A stretch of DNA of 64,000 bases from Acidimicrobiia bacterium (lineage in GTDB: Bacteria; Actinomycetota; Acidimicrobiia; Spongiisociales; ZC4RG35). This document shows positions 57,686 through 64,000 of the stretch, one piece after another. Location: positions 570-64,569 of the forward strand of contig DATGPZ010000082.1 of the NCBI GenBank assembly GCA_035304485.1. Reading direction: 5' to 3'. How positions within the stretch are numbered: the first letter of the stretch is position 1; each line of letters opens with the position of its first letter. Below the pieces are notes generated by a model. It did no database searches, had not been told where the DNA came from, and was given only the letters and a program-made list of their open reading frames with translations. Position numbers and translations under genes: made by a program.

Positions 57686-58414
57686 GTGGGGGAGGTAGCA
57701 CTTCGTTTCTATGCCGAGCTCAACGATCTCGTCCCGCGCCCTCGCCTGACCCGGTCCTTCGTCGGCTCACCGAGCGTGAAGGATCTCATCGAGGCTGCCG
57801 GAGTTCCCCACACCGAGGTCGACCTCGTATTGGTCGACGGTCAGCCGGTCTCGTTCGACCACCGAGTGACGGATGGGGCGAGGATCGCGGTGTTCCCGGT
57901 CTTCGAGACCTTCGATATAGCCACGGTCACCAAGGTGCGGCCCCGACCGCTCCGATCGATCCGGTTCGTCGCCGACGGTCACCTTGGAAAACTGGCCCGC
58001 TATCTCCGGCTGCTGGGCTTCGACACCGACTACTCGGCGCAACGGGACGACGCCGAACTGGTCGCGATTTCCGTGGGGGAGAGTCGCATTCTCCTGACAC
58101 GGGACAGGGAGCTCCTGAAGCACGGTTCCCTCACCCACGGGCTGCTCGTCCGAGCAACCGATCCGGACGAGCAGCTGGTGGAGATCGTCGCCCGGTTGGA
58201 CCTGAGGCGGGCCATGCGACCCTTCTGCCGATGCATGTCCTGCAACGGCGAGATCGCCACTGCAGCCCGAGACGATGTCGCCGATCTGCTTCCGCCGGCG
58301 GTGCGGGCCGTGCAGGACGAGTTTCGTCGCTGTTCGAGATGTGGCCGGATCTATTGGCGCGGGTCGCACGCTCGCAGGCTGGAAGAGCTGGTGGAACGGG
58401 TCCGCGAGCCCTGA
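57686..58414 (+). CDS. Mut7-C RNase domain protein with N-terminal ubiquitin-like (MoaD/ThiS-like) domain and C-terminal zinc ribbon
   Basis: 242 aa. PIN-like Mut7-C core (DGHLGKLARYLRLLGFD). CxxC...CxxC tail. Confidence 0.65.
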   Translation: MGEVALRFYAELNDLVPRPRLTRSFVGSPSVKDLIEAAGVPHTEVDLVLVDGQPVSFDHRVTDGARIAVFPVFETFDIATVTKVRPRPLRSIRFVADGHLGKLARYLRLLGFDTDYSAQRDDAELVAISVGESRILLTRDRELLKHGSLTHGLLVRATDPDEQLVEIVARLDLRRAMRPFCRCMSCNGEIATAARDDVADLLPPAVRAVQDEFRRCSRCGRIYWRGSHARRLEELVERVREP

Positions 58415-58446
58415 AGATCAGCGCCTGCGACCGGTTCCGGTATGGG

Positions 58447-59874
58447 TCAGAGCCACCTTCGGATCGCAGACGAGGCCGCCAGGTGTCCGCTCATGCCGTG
58501 GGTTCCGCCTCCCGGTGGGGTGGAAGACGAGCACAGGAAGACCCGATCCAGGGGCGTGGTGTATGGATCGAGCCGGTAGGCGGGGCGGAAGACGAGTTGG
58601 CGGACGGTGTGGGCGCCCCCGGTGATGTCGCCTCCGATCAGGTTCGGATTGGCCGCCTCCAGGTCTGCTGGAGTGTGGACCCGCCGGCCGGCGACGACGT
58701 CTGGAAAGCCCGGGGCCATCTCGGTGATCAGCGCTTCGATGCGGTGCACGAAGTCCGTGGTGGAGCCGTTGGGTACATGGGCGTAGGCCCACAGCGTGTG
58801 GTGGCGTCCGTCCGTGCGGGACGAGTCGAAGATGCTCGGCTGGCACACCAAGGTGAAGGGGCGGGCGGCTTCGCGGCCGCTCCATGTGGCGGATTCGGCG
58901 GCGGCGATGGCAGTGGCCGATCCTCCCAGGTGGATCGTCCCTGCCCGGGCCAGGTCGGGGTTCGACCATGGGACCGGCTCCGTGAGGGCGTAGTCGACCT
59001 TGAAGGCGCCAGGACTGGGCCGGAACCGCCGGTAGCGACGCAAGAAGGTCTCGGGCACGCGTCCTTCGAGCAGTCGCGCCAGGGAGGGCGGTGACACGTC
59101 GGCCAGTACGATCCGCGACCGAGGTAGTTCAGCCAGATCTTCGATGCGGCGTCCGGTTTCGATCTTTCCACCCAAGTCCTCGAGGTAGCGCGCCATGGCG
59201 TTGGCCAGCGCTTGGGAACCTCCCCGGACGAACGGCCACCCATACCGGTGCCCCGTGGCCGTGAGGGTGAGGGCGAAGGCGGTGGTGAACGGACGGGTGA
59301 GGGGAAGGAAGGCATGGGCGGCGCAACCCGCCAGGAGGGCGGCGGCCTTCTCGGTCTTCATGCGGGCCGCGGTGGTCGTCATCGGAAGCATCGCTCTCAG
59401 CCCGAACCGGACCAGGTCGACGGGGTGGCGCGGCCACGACAGGATCGGTCCCAGGACGTTTTCTTCGAGGTGCTCCCACCTCTCCACCACCGTTCCCACC
59501 AGGCTGCGGTATCGGTCGGCGTCAGGGCCGAGTCCGTCGGCGGTCGCGTCGACCGAACGATGCAGCAGGCCGGCTTCTGACGGCGAGACGGGATGTGCGA
59601 GCAGGACTTCGGGATGGACCCACTCCACGCCGTACTCCTCCAAGGGAAGCGACCGCATGAAAGGGGACCCCGCGCCGAGCGTGTGGATCGTCGAGCACAG
59701 ATCGTGGGTCAGGCCCGGTAGCGTCAGCTCCGCACTGTGGAGCCCGCCGCCGATCGTGTCGGCCGCTTCGACGATCAGCACCGAGCCACCCTCGCGGGCG
59801 ATGGTGATGGCGGCGGCGAGGCCGTTGGGGCCGGAGCCGATGACCACCGCATCCAGTTCGGTTCCGACGCTCAT
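58447..59874 (-). CDS. FAD/NAD(P)-binding oxidoreductase, phytoene desaturase (CrtI)-like
   Basis: Start MSVGTELDAVVIGSGPNGLAAA (dinucleotide-binding motif). The 520-aa track ORF is over-extended by 45 aa. Confidence 0.7.
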   Translation of the reverse strand: MSVGTELDAVVIGSGPNGLAAAITIAREGGSVLIVEAADTIGGGLHSAELTLPGLTHDLCSTIHTLGAGSPFMRSLPLEEYGVEWVHPEVLLAHPVSPSEAGLLHRSVDATADGLGPDADRYRSLVGTVVERWEHLEENVLGPILSWPRHPVDLVRFGLRAMLPMTTTAARMKTEKAAALLAGCAAHAFLPLTRPFTTAFALTLTATGHRYGWPFVRGGSQALANAMARYLEDLGGKIETGRRIEDLAELPRSRIVLADVSPPSLARLLEGRVPETFLRRYRRFRPSPGAFKVDYALTEPVPWSNPDLARAGTIHLGGSATAIAAAESATWSGREAARPFTLVCQPSIFDSSRTDGRHHTLWAYAHVPNGSTTDFVHRIEALITEMAPGFPDVVAGRRVHTPADLEAANPNLIGGDITGGAHTVRQLVFRPAYRLDPYTTPLDRVFLCSSSTPPGGGTHGMSGHLAASSAIRRWL

Positions 59875-60032
59875 TCCTCCGGCTCCCACACGATGTCCCA
59901 GCGATCGTTGCAATCCGAGCAGCGATACGACAGCACCGTCCCCGGCTCGAGAGGCTCGTCTTCGGGAAGGAACGTGATCAGATGACAGACCCCGCCACAG
60001 TCGACACAAGTGATGGTGTCGGGGGAGTTCAC
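59871..60032 (-). CDS. Possible 53-aa zinc-ribbon protein translationally coupled between nhaA and the CrtI-like gene
   Basis: VNSPDTITCVDCGGVCHLITFLPEDEPLEPGTVLSYRCSDCNDRWDIVWEPEE. GTGA overlap with the nhaA stop and ATGA overlap with the downstream start. Below the ORF-track cutoff. Confidence 0.4.
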   Translation of the reverse strand: MNSPDTITCVDCGGVCHLITFLPEDEPLEPGTVLSYRCSDCNDRWDIVWEPEE

Positions 60033-61411
60033 GAGGAAAGGGCGGCGGACTCTGCGTCGGTCTCCGGAACGGAGTTCTCAGTCGACAAGAGAACCACGGC
60101 GCCGAGGATGGCGGCGATGATGGATCCGGCGAAGATTCCGACCTTGGCGATGTCGCCCAGGCGAGGATCGTCGAACGCCAGAGCTGTCACGAACAAAGCG
60201 ACGGTGAAGCCGATTCCCGCCACCAAGCCCAAGCCGATGATGTGAGGCCAGCGTGTCCCGACTGGCATCCTTCCGATGCGAAGACGAACGGCCAGCCAGG
60301 TGAACAGCGTGATGCCGATCGGCTTTCCGAAGAGGAGGCCCAATCCCACCCCGAGCGATACCGGATGGGTGATGAGGTCGGCGACGTCGGTGCCTGCGAA
60401 GGAGACTCCTGCATTGGCCAGAGCGAATAGCGGAATGACGACGAACGATGACCAGGGCAGCATCTTGTGCTCCAAGCGGGCGAGGGGCGAAACGGACTCG
60501 CGCGAGATCTCGGTGAGCAGCATGGCCTCGTGGTCGGCGTGCTCACGATCTTCGACCGTGTCTCCCAACGGGTACATGTCGAGGATCTGTCGGGCCCTGC
60601 GGTCGAGCTCTTCGGGTGAATACAAGGGGCGAGCTGGAGTGAGCAAGCCCAAGGCGACGCCAGCCAGTGTGGCATGGACTCCAGACTCGAGCAGGGCGAA
60701 CCAGATGGCTATCGCCACCGGCCAGTAGAAGGCCAGGGAGCGGACTCCGACCCTCTGGGCGAGGGTGACCACACCCAGACCGGCCACGGCCCCGATGAGC
60801 CAAACGAAGCTCAGATCGGAGGTGTAGAAGATGGCGATTACGAGGATCGCCCCGACGTCATCGGCGATCGCCAGGGCGAGGATGAACAGCTTCCCCGCCG
60901 CGGGAACCCTCCTGCCGAGCAGGGACAGCACACCGACCGCGAAGGCGATATCGGTGGCCATCGGGATCCCCCAACCACTTCCGGCACCGGGAGTTCCGCT
61001 CGCCAAGGCCACATAGATCGATGCGGGCACGACCATGCCGCCGAGAGCAGCCATCACAGGAAGAGCTGCCACCTTCGGGTCCCGCAGTTCACCCAGCACC
61101 AACTCCCGCTTGATCTCCAGGCCGACGACGAAGAAGAAGATCGCCATCAAGCCATCGTTGACCATGTGACCGAAGGACTCCTCCAGATGGATGGGCCCGA
61201 ACTGAAACTCGACGATCAGCTCTTCGAACAGGTGGAAGTAGCTGTCCGCGTAGGACGAGTTGGCCCATACCAGGGCCACCGCCGCTGCCACCAGGAGCAC
61301 TATGCCTGAGCCGGCCTCGATCTGGGTGAAGCGTTTGAACGGCTGAACGAAGACCCGCGGGACGAACCGGTTCGAGTTCGCCCAGGTCGAGTGACGCTGG
61401 TCGAAGGTCAT
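60029..61411 (-). CDS. nhaA: Na+/H+ antiporter NhaA
   Basis: 460 aa. NhaA family, 12 TM. Confidence 0.85.
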   Translation of the reverse strand: MTFDQRHSTWANSNRFVPRVFVQPFKRFTQIEAGSGIVLLVAAAVALVWANSSYADSYFHLFEELIVEFQFGPIHLEESFGHMVNDGLMAIFFFVVGLEIKRELVLGELRDPKVAALPVMAALGGMVVPASIYVALASGTPGAGSGWGIPMATDIAFAVGVLSLLGRRVPAAGKLFILALAIADDVGAILVIAIFYTSDLSFVWLIGAVAGLGVVTLAQRVGVRSLAFYWPVAIAIWFALLESGVHATLAGVALGLLTPARPLYSPEELDRRARQILDMYPLGDTVEDREHADHEAMLLTEISRESVSPLARLEHKMLPWSSFVVIPLFALANAGVSFAGTDVADLITHPVSLGVGLGLLFGKPIGITLFTWLAVRLRIGRMPVGTRWPHIIGLGLVAGIGFTVALFVTALAFDDPRLGDIAKVGIFAGSIIAAILGAVVLLSTENSVPETDAESAALSS

Positions 61412-61426
61412 GGCGGGGACACGTTA

Positions 61427-62455
<1,029 letters not shown>

Positions 62456-62555
62456 AGTCCCTCCTTGGCTCGGTTTTCTGGACGCTAGCGCCTCGTGGGG
62501 CCCTGACGTTTTCCGACTCGCTGTCCGAACCGTTGGGGCATATGGTCGCCTCAAA

Positions 62556-62987
62556 ATGGCCCAGTCGATCACAGCTTCGAAGCCCGTGGTGAAGCCCCGC
62601 TCGCGGGTGGTGCGGGGAATCTACTTCTGTCTCGGCCTCTTCTGCCTGGCCATGACCTATTTGAGTTGGCTGCCCGGGATCCCCACGTTCGATTTCGTGA
62701 TTCTGGCCGCCTTCTTCTTCGCCCGATCGTCCGACCGGTTCCACGACTGGCTCATCAACCACCGGGTGTTCGGGAAGATGATCGCCGCCTATCGGGGCGC
62801 GGGTCTCACCCGGCGCGTCAAGACCGTGGCTGCGATCGGAATCGTGCTCTCCCTCTCCTTCTCGGGGATCTTCCTCGTGGACAACACCGTGGTGAGGGTG
62901 ATCCTGGTTCTGGTGGGCCTGTATGCCCTGTGGTTCGTGTTCAGCCGGCCCACCCGAGAACCGGACGAAGGCGACCAGCCCATCTGA
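62556..62987 (+). CDS. DUF454 (YbaN-like) inner membrane protein
   Basis: 143 aa from MAQSITASKP, with two hydrophobic hairpins. Confidence 0.55.
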   Translation: MAQSITASKPVVKPRSRVVRGIYFCLGLFCLAMTYLSWLPGIPTFDFVILAAFFFARSSDRFHDWLINHRVFGKMIAAYRGAGLTRRVKTVAAIGIVLSLSFSGIFLVDNTVVRVILVLVGLYALWFVFSRPTREPDEGDQPI

Positions 62988-63085
62988 GGTCGAAACGGCC
63001 TGACTCCCTCGGCGAGGGACCTGTTCCAGCATCGACCGGCCGCCGATGAAGCTGCCGGCCTCGGTCGGCTCTAGCGTGTCCCAGG

Positions 63086-64000
63086 ATGTTTCGCCGGATC
63101 GGATTGGGGACCGTGCTCGCGACGACGATGACGTCGTCGACTTTCGCTCCCGTCATCTTCGCCGTCCTGGCTACTCCGCTCCGAGAAGAGTTCGGCGCCG
63201 CTCGCTGGCAGATCGGCGCCCTGGTGACCGTCGTCACGGCGGTAGGCGCCGTCCTTTCGCCGATGGCGGGAAGCTTCGCCGACCGCTTCGCCCCCAGCCA
63301 GTCGACCGCACTCACCATCAGCGTGGCGGGGATCAGCTACCTGGCGATCAGCCTCGCTCCGAGTTATCTGTGGGTGGCGGCGGCATCGCTGTTGTCCGGC
63401 GTCGCCCAAGCGATGGGAAACCCCTCGACCAACCGGCTCATCATGACCCAGGCGCCGGTCGGCCGTCGGGGATTGCTCACCGGTGTGAAGCAATCGGGCG
63501 TACAGGCGGGAAACGTGATGGGCGGGCTCCTGCTACCGCTGGGGGCGGCCAGCGTCCTGGGCTGGCGCGGGACGGTGGCGATGGTGGTGGTGCTTCCGCT
63601 CCTGGGATTGACACTTCTCGGGCTCCTGATTCGAGGAAGCGAGAAGCCGGGCCGCTCCGAGCCGGCGCCCGCGTCTCGTAGCTCGTCGGTCGTCCTGCGC
63701 TTGGCCCTCTACGGTGCGACCATCGGGGCCACGAACGGAGCTCTCACCACCTACGTGCCTTCGTACTCGCAGGAAACGTTCGGCTTCGACACGACGACGG
63801 GCGGGTTGCTCTTCGCAGTGTGTGGCATCGTCGCATTCGTGACTCGGCTATCTGCCGGACATCTGTCGGAGCGATTCTTCGGACACCATCGCACGCTGAT
63901 GGGCATGGCGATGCTCACGGCGCTGGCGGGTGTGCTCCTGGCTTCCGCCCCCAGCGGAGCTTGGCTCTGGCCGGCGGCGGTGTGCGTAGGACTCGGGCCC
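63086..64000 (+). CDS. MFS transporter (5' partial; continues beyond the window)
   Basis: Open frame from ATG 63086 to the window end. MFRRIGLGTVLATTMTSSTFAPVIF..., with multiple TM helices. Not in the ORF track because no stop is reached. Confidence 0.6.
   Translation, partial: MFRRIGLGTVLATTMTSSTFAPVIFAVLATPLREEFGAARWQIGALVTVVTAVGAVLSPMAGSFADRFAPSQSTALTISVAGISYLAISLAPSYLWVAAASLLSGVAQAMGNPSTNRLIMTQAPVGRRGLLTGVKQSGVQAGNVMGGLLLPLGAASVLGWRGTVAMVVVLPLLGLTLLGLLIRGSEKPGRSEPAPASRSSSVVLRLALYGATIGATNGALTTYVPSYSQETFGFDTTTGGLLFAVCGIVAFVTRLSAGHLSERFFGHHRTLMGMAMLTALAGVLLASAPSGAWLWPAAVCVGLGP

Overview
High-GC (about 70%) chromosomal segment, most likely from an Actinomycetota genome. The pointers to that are F420-dependent LLM oxidoreductase, an HbhA-like protein next to an XRE regulator, MIRU-like intergenic tandem repeats, and many ATGA/GTGA translationally coupled gene junctions. 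No rRNA, tRNA or CRISPR array was recognised.

Gene content, in order: an aerobic CO-dehydrogenase/xanthine-dehydrogenase family cluster (coxL 3' end, coxM, coxD MoxR ATPase, an unknown 360-aa protein, coxE VWA, xdhC split into two ORFs, mocA), interrupted between coxM and coxD by a DUF559 gene flanked by about 55-bp inverted repeats. Then an HbhA-like/XRE pair, aromatic amino-acid genes (DAHP synthase, tyrA), an M20 hydrolase, glnE, nadE, a class IV aminotransferase, an M23 peptidase, mgtE and greA. selD follows, with an in-frame UGA (selenocysteine) that the ORF track missed, then a thioredoxin-like 2Fe-2S ferredoxin, an alpha/beta hydrolase and penicillin acylase. Next is a caa3-type cytochrome oxidase operon (ctaC-D-E-F) with ctaB, lgt and a thioredoxin-fold lipoprotein, then a second DAHP synthase fused to chorismate mutase. 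After that comes a tight operon of two divergent adenosylhomocysteinase-like paralogs, sugar/nucleoside-type ABC transporter components and an MtaD-like aminohydrolase, placed between a TetR regulator and an F420 LLM oxidoreductase. The window ends with the Mrp (mrpA-G) cation/proton antiporter operon, ybdK, tag, a membrane-anchored sulfite-oxidase-family Mo enzyme, a sulfurtransferase, a 5'-3' exonuclease, a Mut7-C protein, nhaA, class II fba and an MFS transporter.

The signals I consider most worth follow-up: (GTCGGAA)n heptamer tracts that start exactly at the stop codon of four different genes; two tandem-repeat loci built around them; the Sec-containing selD; the TIR-flanked DUF559 cassette; and the SAHH-like/deaminase/ABC operon.
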